This document shows positions 36,054-47,994 of a stretch of DNA of 64,000 nucleotides, one piece after another. Position numbers and translations under genes: made by a program. Numbering within the stretch: the first letter of the stretch is position 1; each line of letters opens with the position of its first letter. The notes below the pieces were generated by a model. It was given only the letters and a program-made list of their open reading frames with translations, made no database searches and was not told the origin of the DNA. Source of the stretch: Eledone cirrhosa (Eukaryota); NCBI GenBank assembly GCA_964016885.1, contig OZ024741.1, positions 216,938,001 through 217,002,000 on the forward strand, read 5' to 3'.

Positions 36054-39000
36054 ATGACCTCACTCAGAATAGGCAGCATAAATGCGCGTGGCTTGGGGTC
36101 GTCATGGAAGCAGGGCCACCTGCTCAACGACCTCAGGTCACTAAACATAGATGTAGTGGCCATCAGCGAGACCAGAATCTCCGAAGCACAGGCTTTCGCA
36201 CCGATCTTCGGCGGCTACGATGTGTACGCATCTCCCAGCCGTCCGGGATCGGGGGGAGGAGTTGCTGTGCTTTTTCGGAGAGGTTTGGATCTTGCCATAC
36301 GGGCCATCTTCCTGGACCCAGAAGGTAAGTTGGTGGTGCTGGACGTGACCAGCGGAGACGGACAAGCTTTCAGGTTAGTGGCCGTCTATGCCCCGACAGG
36401 AGCAGGGCGGCCTGATTTCTTCCGGCGTCTGGAGACCTTTCTTGGAACTTCCCGCTCTTTAGTGTTAGTGGGCGACTGGAACGGGATCTTAGATGCACGC
36501 TGGGATTGTGTGGGATTAGTGGATAGGGAAGGAGGGTGCAAGAGTCTCACCGACCTGCTCAGACGTTTTGAACTGTCTGACAGGTACCGAATAGATTTCC
36601 CGAATGCACCAATGTGGACTTGGACAAATCGCATAGGGTCATCCAGATCATATCTAGATAGAGTATTTTGTAGGGAAATAGATAGGTCTAGCATAGGCTG
36701 TCCACAATTCAAGATAGTCAGCTACACGGGCCACAAATTCGTGATCTGTGTGCTTGACTTAGATAGCCTTCATAGGCGAGGACCCGGCTACTGGAAGCTA
36801 AACGCGTCCTTACCAGCGCGCAAGGCCTACAGAGACCGGATTAGCGAACTAGTTAAGCGGGCGTTGACGGGGGCCATCGTCAACAACAAGTGGTGGTTTG
36901 CTGTGAAAAGAGCAATTAGAATAGAGTCCATTAGGTTTAGTAAGACTTTAGCAATAGAGAAAAATAGAGCAGAGGGAGAACTAGTTAGAAAATTAGATGA
37001 GGCGCTTAGCAAAGACATCGCGACCGACGTACTTGCGGCGAAATTGGCCCTTGGCCAATTCTTCAATGCAAAGCACGAAGGCTGCGTTGTCAGAGCTAGG
37101 GTGCGTGCTCTCAGACACGAGGGGACGAAAGCCGTTCAATGGGCCCGAGTGGCGGAGGCGCGTCGTGGCAACAAAGCCACGATCCGGTCTTTGGTGGACC
37201 ACGACGGGCGCATGCTACTCGATCCCGGGCAAATGTGTGAAGCTTTTCAGCGACACTTCGCTCAACTGTTCGGGGGCAGTGGCGGGCCGGATCGAGGGAT
37301 GGACTTTAGTGTCTACCTCGACGGACTGCCGCGGCTTTCGGCCACTGAGGCGGAGTGTTGCGAAAAGCCGATAACAACCGCTGAAGTACGGGATGCAATG
37401 ACTACTTGCACAAGGGGTAAATCGCCTGGTTTGGATGGTCTGCCCTATGAACTTTACGTACAAATGCCAAACTTGTTCGGAGGCCTCTTGGCGGACGTCT
37501 ACTGCAACTGGCAACAGAACGGGAGAATTCCCAGCTCTGTGAGCCGAGGAGCGTGGCGCTGCTGAGAAAGGATCCGAACAAGGGGGATAACATAGATAAT
37601 TTTAGGCCCATAACTCTGCTAAACACAGAGTTCAAGATTTTGGCCAAGGTGCTAGCAAAGAGGTTGGCGCTTGTCGTTGGTGGTCTGGTGGGAGAGGCAC
37701 AGACATGCGCCATTCCCGACAGATCCATCCACGACAACCTCCACCTCATGCGATACATCGTAGAGAGGGTAGCTAGGGAACCTGGCACGGGTGGGTCTTT
37801 GATCAATTTAGATCAGTCGAAAGCCTTCGATAGGGTCGACCATCGTTACCTAGAGGCAGTCCTGAGGGCGGCTGGCTTTGGGCCCGTCTTCAGAGACTGG
37901 ATCGCTGCCATGCACAGCAACATCTGCTCTGTAGTGAGAGTGAACGGTCACCTTTCGGAACCGTTCAACATCATGCGCTCGGTCCGCCAAGGATGTCCCC
38001 TCTCGTCCCTATTGTACGTATTGACTCTCGAGCCATTACTGCACAAACTGGAGACGTTGAGGGGGATCCCGCGCGAACTAGGATGCGGAAGATCCGTGTC
38101 AGCATATGCCGACGATGTCACCGTAGTGGTGTCGAACGCCAAACACATCGAGGCGATCGGCACTACACTAAGAGAATACGAAGCGGTGACAGGAGCAATG
38201 ATCAACCAGGAAAAGTCAGTGGGCCTGCAGCTCGGCACCTGGAGAGGCAGGTCCATGCCGTCCAACAGCGTCGTCGGGCGCTGGACAGACGGACCGGCTA
38301 AATTGCTAGGGGTCTGGTTCGGTCCAGACCTCCAGACGGACAAAAACTGGGACGAGGTGACGACAGGGTGGCTTCTCTCACCCAGAAATGGGCCGAGAGG
38401 AAGCTATCCCTGAAAGGTCGAGCGGAGGTGGCTAACGCGTACATCGCGTCCGTCATCTACTACCGCCTGACCGTCGTACCTTGTCCTAAGCCCCGCCTGA
38501 CTGCGCTGGAGCGTTTGCTCTTTCGCTTCTTGTGGAAGGGACGCGCTCCGATGGTCAGGCGGTCCATCTGCTGTCAACACCCGCTACGTGGAGGGCTGGG
38601 CATGCCGTGGCTGATGATGCGCAGACACGCGCTCAGGCTACGACATCTCCACCTCTTCCTCGACGGTGATCAGGTGTGGTCGCCGTTTGCTAGACACGTT
38701 TTTCCCCAGCTCGTCTCCTTGACGGAGCTGCAGTCCTGGGTCAAGCGAAGACCGAGAGGGAGCGCTTGGAGACTGGAATGTCTTCAGGCGCTCACAGCCC
38801 TCGACCAATCGGGCAATGTGATCGGTGGAAACTCCACCTTGGCGTTCTATAGGGGATTAGTGGAGGGGAAGAGCGACGACGTACTTGGAGAAACTCTAGG
38901 CGTCGACGAAAATCAACTAGCCAATCTCTTCGGAAGGACTTTCGGGCCGGGGCCTATGGACAACTTCCAGAAATCCCTGGCCTGGCAGTGCTACCGGGGT

Positions 39001-39471
39001 GCTTTGCCAGTTCGGGATAAACTTTACAGGCATGGAGGTGCCGTCAGCCGGGCATGTCCGAGATGCGCACAGGGCGACGAAACCGTCCTGCACGCACTCG
39101 TCCAGTGTCCGAGCATTGCTGACTTGTGGGTTTATGTCGAACACCTGCTGTCACGTGTAGGACGGATCCAGCTATCAGCTGAGTCCATCGTGAGGATTGC
39201 CCCGCCCTCTTCCTTTAGCCGGGAAGGGCAGGCAGTTTTTATCTGTCTGGTGGCCATGGCGAAAGAGATAGTATGGTGGACACGTTTGAAAGGGCTGAAG
39301 ACGAGCACTTACCTCTTCGGTGATGCCCTGATTAACTTTTTCAAATTTCATCTGAAAAGGAAAATCAGGGTAGAGAGGGAAGTGCTCTCTTCCCAGCATT
39401 TTGTTGAAAGATGGGTGAGAGAAGCAAGTATGGCCCGAATGAATGGGCCTTCTCTGAGTATGTGTCTGTAA
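36054..39471 (+). pseudogene. Tx1-type ORF2 (APE-RT-zinc domain) with two frameshifts
   Basis: ORF pieces 36054-37565, 37553-38413 and 38368-39471 are collinear. Confidence 0.93.
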
Positions 39472-39714
39472 ATTAAAGGTGGAAAACTGGGAGAGGGCAC
39501 TTGCCCTGGTGGTCAGGGCCACTGTGGTCTTTTAATGGGCTTTCTCCACAAATGTCCCTCGGAAGTCTCCCCCCTATTGGGGAATTTTTCTTTGTAATCT
39601 TATTTCATCCTCTGTTTTTTTTACACGCAGAAATGCCCATTTGTACCGTCCTGTATTGTCCTGTACTATCCTTAATGTCTACTTTATGTAAACCCTTGTG
39701 GTTAATAAAGAAAA

Positions 39715-39754
<40 letters not shown>

Positions 39755-39840
39755 GTTATTGTTATTCCTTGAATCTCAGTCATTGATGTTGGTTAACTGG
39801 AAAGTCCGTTGGATTGAATATCAAGCCACTACCTGCAGCC

Positions 39841-42800
39841 TCAGATATTCAGGACGTATCGGAGGGTTCTTGCTGTTCCAAGCAAGCATGCCTTTTGAAG
39901 CGTTCCAAAAAGCGTGAAGGGGCCGATTTTCTTTAACCATCCCTGGAAACCTTTGGAGATAGTCCCCAGTGCGCCTATGACAATCGGGATCACTTTGACT
40001 TCATGGCAGTTCCAAATCCTTTTCACCTCCCACTTTAGGTCCTGGTATCGGTTAATTTTCTCCCTCTCCTTCTCTTGCACTCTCGTGTCGAACGGGCAGG
40101 CCACATCCACAATCAGGCACGATCTTTTTTCTTTGTCCACAACCACCAGGTCAGGTCTATTGTGTTCCAGTTTTTTGTCCGTCTGTATCCTAAAATCCCA
40201 CAGCACCTTCACCTGACTGTTCTCCATCACCGCCTCTGGCCTATGCTCATACCATTTCTCAGAATGTGGTAGATTGTTTACTTTGCACAGGTGCCAGTGG
40301 ATCACCCTGCCCATCACATCGTGTCTCCAGCCCTTATAGTGGGTCTGGGCTAGGTGTTTACACTCGGACACAATGTGAGCCACAGTCTCCTCTCTCTCTC
40401 CACAGATCCTGCACAGTGGGCTAGCCTCCTCCTTGTAGATATGGTGCTTCAACCACTTCGTTTTGAGGGCCTGCTCCTGCGCAGCCATTAGCATTCCTTC
40501 TGTAGCCTTTTTGAGGTCTCCTCTTCTCAACCAGTTCCATGTCTGTGGATCTCTAAATTCAGTTTTCTCAAAGAAGGTACTATGAAGGGATTTTCCCTTA
40601 AGGCTGCTCTTCCTCCTTGATGTTATTTCCTCCTTGGACATCCCCTGGCCTACTGTCCCCTCCTTCAGTACAGTTCTGAGCATTGGCTCCTTACTATAGG
40701 TCACGTATTTGTATAGGTTGTTTTTCTCCATCTGAACACAGTCCTCTATGCTGATAAGACCTCTTCCACCCTCAGATCTCCTTAGGTAGAGTCTATCGAC
40801 ATCACTCCTCTTGTGGAACATGTTGTAGATAGTCAATAGCTTCCTAGTCTTCCTATCCATTTCTTTTTGTTCAGCAACATTCCATCTCAGAATTCCCGCA
40901 CTGTACCTAATAATAGACACAGCTCGGGAATTTACTGCGCTTATGGCATTTCTGCTGTTCAGATGTGACTTCAATACGCTCCTTACTCTCCGAATGTATT
41001 CAGTTCTTAACAATTCCTTCATTTTTTTGTTCTTTATGCCATCAGCCTCCAGAACGCCCAAATACTTGTATCCTTCCTCAGAGTCAATTTCCTTTATCAT
41101 CTCACCTGTTGGTATCTGGATCCCGTTACTTCTGCTCAACCTACCCCTCTTCATCACAATGACTCCACATTTACCAATACCAAACTGCATACATATATCA
41201 CTGCTGAAAATACGGACAGTGTCAACAAGCACATCCAACTCCTTCTCACTTTTCCCGAAGAGCTTAAGATCGTCCATGAAGAGGAGGTGATTGATGGTAA
41301 GCTCTCCCCTTCCCAACTTGTATCCTGCTCTCACTTTTCGCAGCATAATGGTCAAGGGCATCAGGGCAAGGACAAACAACAGAGGGGACAGGCTATCTCC
41401 CTGGAAGATACCTCTCTTGATCTTCACGCTTCCCAAGGATACTCCAGTTGATGTCAACTCTGTCTCCCAGGACCCCATACTCCTGCCCAGCAACTGTCTG
41501 ATGTTATCTGCCACCCTGAAGATCTCCAGGCTTTTGGTGATCCAGGAATGAGGCACCATGTCAAATGCCTTTCTGTAGTCTATCCATCCCATGGCAAGAT
41601 CAGTGTGTCTCCTCCTGCAATTCCCCATTACCATCTTATCAATAAGCAACTGGTCCTTTGTACCACGTGACTTCTTTCGGCATCCTTTCTGTTTGTCCGG
41701 TAACAAGTTGTTTGTGTGGAGGTGATGGTAGATTTCCTCAGACACAATGCTCGTCAACAGTTTCCACATTACGGGCAGACATGTGATAGGTCTATAGTTG
41801 GTAACATCATTACCCTTGATTCGGTCTTTCATTATCAGAACTGTGGTACCTTTTGTCAACCACTCTGGCACCTCACTCGACACCAAGCAGTCATTGAACA
41901 TGGCCGTCAGCTTCGGGTGGAGGGATGTTAAATGTTTAATCCAATACCCCTGCACACCATCTGGGCCTGATGATTTCCAGTTGGTTAGTTTTTTGGCTTG
42001 CCCCTTAAGAGTTTCAACTGTGATACTCAAATCAGTCTGTTGTTGTGCCTGCTCACCTATCTCCCTCTGTACTGTCTCAATCCACCCTGCCTGGGCATTG
42101 TGTCTAACATCCTGCTCCCATATTCCTCTCCAGAATGTTTTAGCTTGTTCCGCCCCAGGGATCAAGTCGTTGCCTCTTTCTTTCCCCTCAAGCTGTCCAA
42201 ACAGCATCTTCTGGTTGTTGTCGAACATGCGGTTCTGTTTATACTGACTGACTCTGTTCTCGTATCGCCTGATTTTGGCACTCTTTGCTACAATGCGTTG
42301 CTTCAATTCCTCTATGATAATATTTAGCTTTTTACTCCTAGTTTTGTATTTTATTTCCAGTCTATTTTTAGTGCCTATGTTTTTTAGTGTCCCATTCAGT
42401 AGTGACTCAAGCTTTCCTATGTCATTTCTCATTTCCCCGATTTGCCCACTCAGTCGCTTCTTCCACCACGGCTCTGCTCTTTCTTGTCTGTTGTTTCCTC
42501 TCGCTTTTATACCAAGTAGTTTCCTCACCGTATTTGCTGTTGCTTTGAGGATATTGTTGCACTGGTGAAGGCTCCTCGCCTCAAGGTATGGGATGACTTT
42601 GTTTACCTTAGCTGTTGTTTCTTTTAACTTTTTCCTGTCTACAAATCTTAGGTTCATAGGTCTCCCACTATCATTGTTCAATTCATCTACCACTAAATTT
42701 AGGATGTCAACCGAATCTTGTCCTAGCCCGTCAGCATTCATCTCCTCAGTGGCCGTATCTCTGTTCCAGGTATTATTTATCTCAGTATTCAGATCATTGT

Positions 42801-43233
42801 CTGCTTCGGGTGGTTCCTCCGTTCTCAGGACCTCCTCACCTTCATTTCCCACCGGCTCGCTTGTCTGGCATACTACACCCGCCATCTCCAAGCCATTCTC
42901 TCTGCTCAGTTCCTCCAGTTCCAGCTCGCTTATCCACCCATTAGTTCTTATTACCCGAGCCTGCCCGGCCAATTTTTGTTCATCTAATTTAAATAAACCA
43001 ATCTCGTTCCAGATGTTATGCATCCGTCTCCTGTAGCCCCTCTCCTTGGGGTTACTTTTCAGGTAGCATTGCATAACAGTTCTATTCAATTCTTTCGTCC
43101 AGTTGGTTCTGGCCCCTTTCCTTCTTCTTCTTCCTCCAACATCATCAGTATTTGGTTGACAGTCAGGTTCCTGCTGCTGAGCCAGGGGGCACCTGTTGGG
43201 TGAGAGTCTGTCACATGACGTTCTAGTCTCCAT
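39841..43233 (-). CDS. Intact 1130-aa ORF of the R4/Dong-type RLE LINE (family A)
   Basis: N-terminal WTKELN..VMQCY...GYRRRMHNIW domain, RT, CCHC and PD-(D/E)xK RLE, with no stops. 3' UTR and (TAA)n tail at 39717-39840. Confidence 0.96.
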   Translation of the reverse strand: METRTSCDRLSPNRCPLAQQQEPDCQPNTDDVGGRRRRKGARTNWTKELNRTVMQCYLKSNPKERGYRRRMHNIWNEIGLFKLDEQKLAGQARVIRTNGWISELELEELSRENGLEMAGVVCQTSEPVGNEGEEVLRTEEPPEADNDLNTEINNTWNRDTATEEMNADGLGQDSVDILNLVVDELNNDSGRPMNLRFVDRKKLKETTAKVNKVIPYLEARSLHQCNNILKATANTVRKLLGIKARGNNRQERAEPWWKKRLSGQIGEMRNDIGKLESLLNGTLKNIGTKNRLEIKYKTRSKKLNIIIEELKQRIVAKSAKIRRYENRVSQYKQNRMFDNNQKMLFGQLEGKERGNDLIPGAEQAKTFWRGIWEQDVRHNAQAGWIETVQREIGEQAQQQTDLSITVETLKGQAKKLTNWKSSGPDGVQGYWIKHLTSLHPKLTAMFNDCLVSSEVPEWLTKGTTVLIMKDRIKGNDVTNYRPITCLPVMWKLLTSIVSEEIYHHLHTNNLLPDKQKGCRKKSRGTKDQLLIDKMVMGNCRRRHTDLAMGWIDYRKAFDMVPHSWITKSLEIFRVADNIRQLLGRSMGSWETELTSTGVSLGSVKIKRGIFQGDSLSPLLFVLALMPLTIMLRKVRAGYKLGRGELTINHLLFMDDLKLFGKSEKELDVLVDTVRIFSSDICMQFGIGKCGVIVMKRGRLSRSNGIQIPTGEMIKEIDSEEGYKYLGVLEADGIKNKKMKELLRTEYIRRVRSVLKSHLNSRNAISAVNSRAVSIIRYSAGILRWNVAEQKEMDRKTRKLLTIYNMFHKRSDVDRLYLRRSEGGRGLISIEDCVQMEKNNLYKYVTYSKEPMLRTVLKEGTVGQGMSKEEITSRRKSSLKGKSLHSTFFEKTEFRDPQTWNWLRRGDLKKATEGMLMAAQEQALKTKWLKHHIYKEEASPLCRICGEREETVAHIVSECKHLAQTHYKGWRHDVMGRVIHWHLCKVNNLPHSEKWYEHRPEAVMENSQVKVLWDFRIQTDKKLEHNRPDLVVVDKEKRSCLIVDVACPFDTRVQEKEREKINRYQDLKWEVKRIWNCHEVKVIPIVIGALGTISKGFQGWLKKIGPFTLFGTLQKACLLGTARTLRYVLNI

Positions 43234-44318
43234 TTCACCGTTATTCGAACTGTTTATGTTCGATATTTAAACACTCTTATCGAGGATTGGCGAATGTATG
43301 TTTACATAGCCATCTGTGGATCCGCCATCCCACTTGGCCCTTGTGTGGCATTATCACCACGCTGTATACGAACACACATAAACAAACAAACACACGGGCA
43401 GAAAGGGCCCCAAAAATGAATAAGCATAAGTTTCATTGTAATGTAGTATTCGAATGTCTGACTTAGTTTTTGTTTTTTAAGTTTTACTTTTTCCCCCCTC
43501 TTCTCTGTCCGTCCGCCTGCTTCTCTCTTCATTCTTATTTTCTTTACGTTTTTGGGGTTTCTTTTTTTGTTTTTGTTTTTCTCTGTTTGTTTTTCTCGTT
43601 TTTGCTGTTGTTGCTGTGCTGCTTTGGTTTTGTTGTTTGTTTTTTCTTTTTTCTTTTGAGTCTATCTATATATTTTGATGCCTTCCTCTTTGTTAGTAGT
43701 AGGAATTCTATAATGTGGAAGTAGCAGCCAGCAGGGAGAAGTGGGAGACTGGCGGCGGTAGCGATACTGAGACAGTGGTGGTGGTGATGTCGATACCGAG
43801 GCAGTGGTGGCGGTGATGCGACCGTATTACTGTAGTGATGGTGCTGTAGCGGTGGCAGCAGTGAAGGAGTCAAGGGGTGGTGGCGGCGGTGATGGGATAG
43901 TGGTGGTAATGATGGCCGTAGTGAGCGGTGGCGGTGAAGGTGAAAATGTCGTTATCTGGCTGTTGTGTTTAGTGTACACAGATGATGGGGTGGGTGGTGT
44001 ATCTAGTTTCTGGTGTTGGTGAGTTTAGCTGTCCTATATAGTGTAGCCAGAGGAGAGGAGGGGGGTGGTTCTTCTTCTTCCATTTATAGCCATTTTTTTT
44101 TTTTTTGGATATACAGTGTACAATACAAAGTTGAATATTTGAATATTTGAGCCTTATAACAATATATTTTGGGTCCGAATTTTTGGGGGCTCAAGCCGGG
44201 TGCTTTACGTAGCATTTGTACTAAGAGTTGTTATTTCACAAATGATTTAAATATGTTAAAAATTCAAAACTTACGGGAGCGATTTCATGACCTCCGTCAC
44301 CTCGTGCGTCTTCTTCCC
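43234..44318 (-). mobile_element. Long leader or decayed upstream ORF 5' of the intact Dong-type ORF, starting at a (TTA)n array
   Basis: Minus-strand sequence begins immediately after (TAA)n at 44319 and has an ACC/CCA-rich low-complexity stretch. Whether it belongs to the Dong element is uncertain. Confidence 0.45.
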
Positions 44319-44353
<35 letters not shown>

Positions 44354-44547
44354 GTTACTATTATTATTACTTTTTTTTTTTTTTTTTTCCAATTCAATGA
44401 TGTTCCAGAACAATATAAAAGAGATAATTGGCAATTTAGGTTCTGGAACAAAAAAGATAATTGGCAATAAGGGCAGGGGCCCCAGGTTATCACAGTCTGG
44501 GCCCGCTCGTCATCGTGCCATTGTAATAGAGCCAAACAAAGCATTTT

Positions 44548-47500
44548 CTTGGCTGCTGGAACGTACGGACGCTGCTTGACAGGGATTCCTTGGAGCGTCC
44601 TGAACGAAGGACCGCTCTTGTTGCAAAGGAGCTTCGACGTTACGATCTTGACATCGTGGCTTTATCTGAGACGAGGTTAGCTGGAGATGGTCATCTTACA
44701 GAATTTTGTGGAGAATATACATTCTTCTGGAAAGGAAGAGATGAAGGAACCAGAAGAGAGGCTGGGGTAGGATTTGCTGTTAAGACTGTTCTTGTGAATA
44801 AATTAGAAGAATTCCCAGTAGGCATTAGTGAGCGTCTTATGTCTATGAGAATTCCGCTGGACAAAGGATGATATGCGACCCTGGTGAGTGTGTATGCTCC
44901 AACTATGAATTCTGTCGATGAAGAAAAAGTGTCCTTTTACCATGCCTTGAAAGGTGTTTTAAGAAATATCCCTCAGGCAGACAACGTCATCGTGCTTGGT
45001 GACTTTAATGCTAGAGTTGGTAGGTATTTTAACACATGGAATGTAATCGGAAGGCATGGGGTGGGAAAGTGTAACAACAATGGTATGCTCCTGCTGCAGA
45101 TGTGTGAGGAGCTGGATCTGTGTGTTACCAACACCATGTTCCAACAAAAGAACAAATTCAAGACCACATGGATGCATCCTGCATCTAAGGAATGGCATCT
45201 TTTGGACTACGTCCTAGTCAGGATGCGTGACAGAGAGGATGTGCAGTGTGTTCGTGCTCTTCGTGGAGCTGAGTGCTGGACGGACCACCGCCTGGTACGC
45301 ACAAAAGTGAAACTAATCACTAAACGTAAAATCCGGGCTCCTGGTGTTGCCCTGCCCAAAATATTGAATGCTGCTCGTCTTAAGGATAAAAATGTGAAGA
45401 GGGCATTGGAAGAAGAGATGCAGGCTGCAGATCTTGGTGAGGATTGGCCGACCCTTAAAAAGTCGGTTTATGATGTAGGCAGGCGTGTTCTGGGATTGGT
45501 GCAGAGAGAACATCAGGACTGGTTTAATGAGAATGATGTACATATAGAAAACTTGTTGGCTGATAAGAGACGTGCTCTGTCACGCTACTTGACGGCAAAA
45601 CCACAGGAGAGGAATACGTTGCATGAGGAACTCAAGGATGTAAAATCACGTGTTAGGCAGAGTCTTTCTCAGATGAAGGATCAGTGGTGGAGTGAGAAGG
45701 CTAGTGAGATACAAACTGCGTCAGATTCCAATAACACAAAGCTGTTGTACAGTCTCTTGCGTGAGGTTTATGGACCCTCTTCTTCTCTAGTGACACCGCT
45801 TCGCAGCAAGGATGGCAAAGAACTTCTTCGTGACTCACAAGGAATTCTTCGAATGTGGCGAGAGCACTTTGATGATCTTTTGAATCAGCTGTCTGTCGTC
45901 AATGAAAATTTCCTCAATCTCATTCCAGAAATTCCTGTGAAAGTAGCTCTCGCAGAACCTCCGACGCTTGTGGAGGTTGCAGTGGCTATTTCGAAGCTGA
46001 ACAATGAAAGATCTCCAGGTATGGATGGCATACATGCTGAGCTCCTACAATATGGTGGTGAGAGACTCCTGCAACATTTTCACTCTTTGTTTGGCAGGAT
46101 ATGGGCTAATGAATCCGTACCTGAGGACTGGAGAGATGCAGTAATGGTGGTCATGTACAAGGGAAAGGGTAACTGGAATGATTGTGGGAACTACAGAGGT
46201 ATATCATTGCTTTCTGTCGTGGGGAAAGTTTTATGTAGGGTGCTTCTGGACCGTCTGCTGACACACATTGCATATTGTGTTCTTCCTGAAAGTCAATCTG
46301 GTTTTCGTGCTGGACGTGGCACTACTGATATGATCTTCTCAGCTAGACAGCTCCAGGAGAAGTGCATGGAACAAGGCTTGGATCTGTATCAGGTTTTTGT
46401 CGATCTGACAAAAGCTTTCGATACTGTTAACAGAGATGCATTATGGAAGGTTCTCCAGAAACTTGGTTGCCCTGATAAAGTTCCTTGCTTTAGTTAGGTC
46501 TTTCCATGACGACATGAAGGCTTGGGTTAATGTCGGAGGTAACATGTCGGAGCCTATCTCAGTAAAAAATGGAGTGAAACAGGGGGATATTCCAGCACCG
46601 ACCCTGTTTGCCATATACTTTGCAATGGTTTTCTGTATTGCATTCAGGAATTGCGAGCATGGTGTTTACATCCGATATCGAACCTCAGGCAGCATATTTA
46701 ACATCAGGCGCGTTGCTGCAAAGACAAACGTATTTACATCAATCATAAGAGACCTCTTGTATGCAGATGATTACGATCATGTAGCGCACACAGAGAGTGA
46801 TATGCAGCACATTTTGAATGCATTTTCTGACACTTGCACTGCCCTAGGATTGACTGTCAGTCTCAAGAAAACCGTCGTCATGTACCAACCTACCCCTGGT
46901 AAGCAGTACACTGAACCAAATATCTATGTGTATGGTAGGGAAGCACTGTCAATCGATACAGCAACCTTGACAGTGAAATCTCACTTAGGATTAGGAAAGC
47001 AAGTGATGCTTTCGGAAAGCTAGAAAGGCGACTCTGGGGTCGGCGAGACATATGCAGGAGGACAAAGGTAAAGGTGTACAAGGCATGTGTGCTCTCTTGT
47101 CTTCTTTATGCTTGCGAGACGTGGGTCACATATCGACACCACCTTAAGCAATTGGAGCGTTTCCATCAGATGTGTCTCAGACGGATCCATGGCGTTCACT
47201 GGAGGGACCACATCAGTGATGTCAAGATTTTGGAAAGCTCTATGTGTGACAGTATAGAAGCTCTTGTGCTTAGGCAACGACTCCGTTGGAGTGGTCACCT
47301 TGCCAGGATGAAGGATTCTAGAATACCAAAACAACTCTTTATGGAGAGTTGGTTAAAGGAAAACGACCGCCACATAAACCAAAAAAGAGGTATAAGGACT
47401 CCTTGAAAGCCTCTTTGAAAGACGCTAACATCTCTGCTGATACATGGGAAAATATTGCTGCTGATCGTAATAAATGGAGAAAGACTGTATTTGAGGGAAA

Positions 47501-47915
47501 AGTTGCCTTTGAGGCATCTCGAATCGCATACGTGAAAGTAAAGCGGGATGTGAGGAAGGGCATTGCTGTTGCACTTCCAGACGGCGAGGGTCCTCCTATG
47601 GTGCTGACATGCAGCGTCTGTGCGAGACTCTGCCTCAGCAAAGCTGGACTTGAAAGTCATCTTCGCAGTCATAAAGTAAGACCAGTGGTTGACTACCAGG
47701 CTGCTGTTGGAGATGCTACTCATCATGCTTGCCAAACATGTGGTAGAGAATGTAAATCAGCAGGAGGGCTCAAGCGACATGCACAAGTACATGAACTCCA
47801 ACCACAGCCGACTATTCCCAGTGAATGTTTTGGTTGCCGACTCTGTGCAAGACATTTTAGATCATTAGCTGGGCTAAAAAGCCACATTCGATCGCAGCGC
47901 TGTTAGTTGCTATCG
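44548..47915 (+). mobile_element. Near-full-length decayed RTE-clade LINE (APE-RT) with three C-terminal C2H2 fingers
   Basis: WNVRTLLD..ERRTALVAKEL..ALSETRL, GDFNARVG, TWMHP, LDY, WTDH, DLTKAFD, GVKQG, LYADD and LRWSGHLARM. Carries stops and frameshifts. Confidence 0.95.
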
Positions 47916-47994
47916 TGTGTGTGTGTGTGTGTATAGATATGTTTATGTGTGCGCGTGTGTGTGTATATATATATGTATATGTATATTATTATTG

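Larger units (their letters stand above)
33798..39716 (+). mobile_element. Full-length Tx1/L1-type LINE, mildly decayed, inserted in (TTA)n
   Basis: 5' UTR starts right after (TTA)n. ORF1 has a CCHC knuckle. ORF2 has APE (SINARGL, SETR, VYAP, GDWN, SYLDR), RT (KSPGLDG, RQGCPLS, YADD) and a C-terminal CPRC..ETVLH..C. AATAAA precedes the 3' (TTA)n. Confidence 0.95.

Noticed and set aside
43290-43420. HDV-like ribozyme at the Dong 5' end (also considered 27533-27600)
   Set aside because: Hairpins are present, but I could not assemble the P1/P1.1/P2/P3/P4 double pseudoknot.
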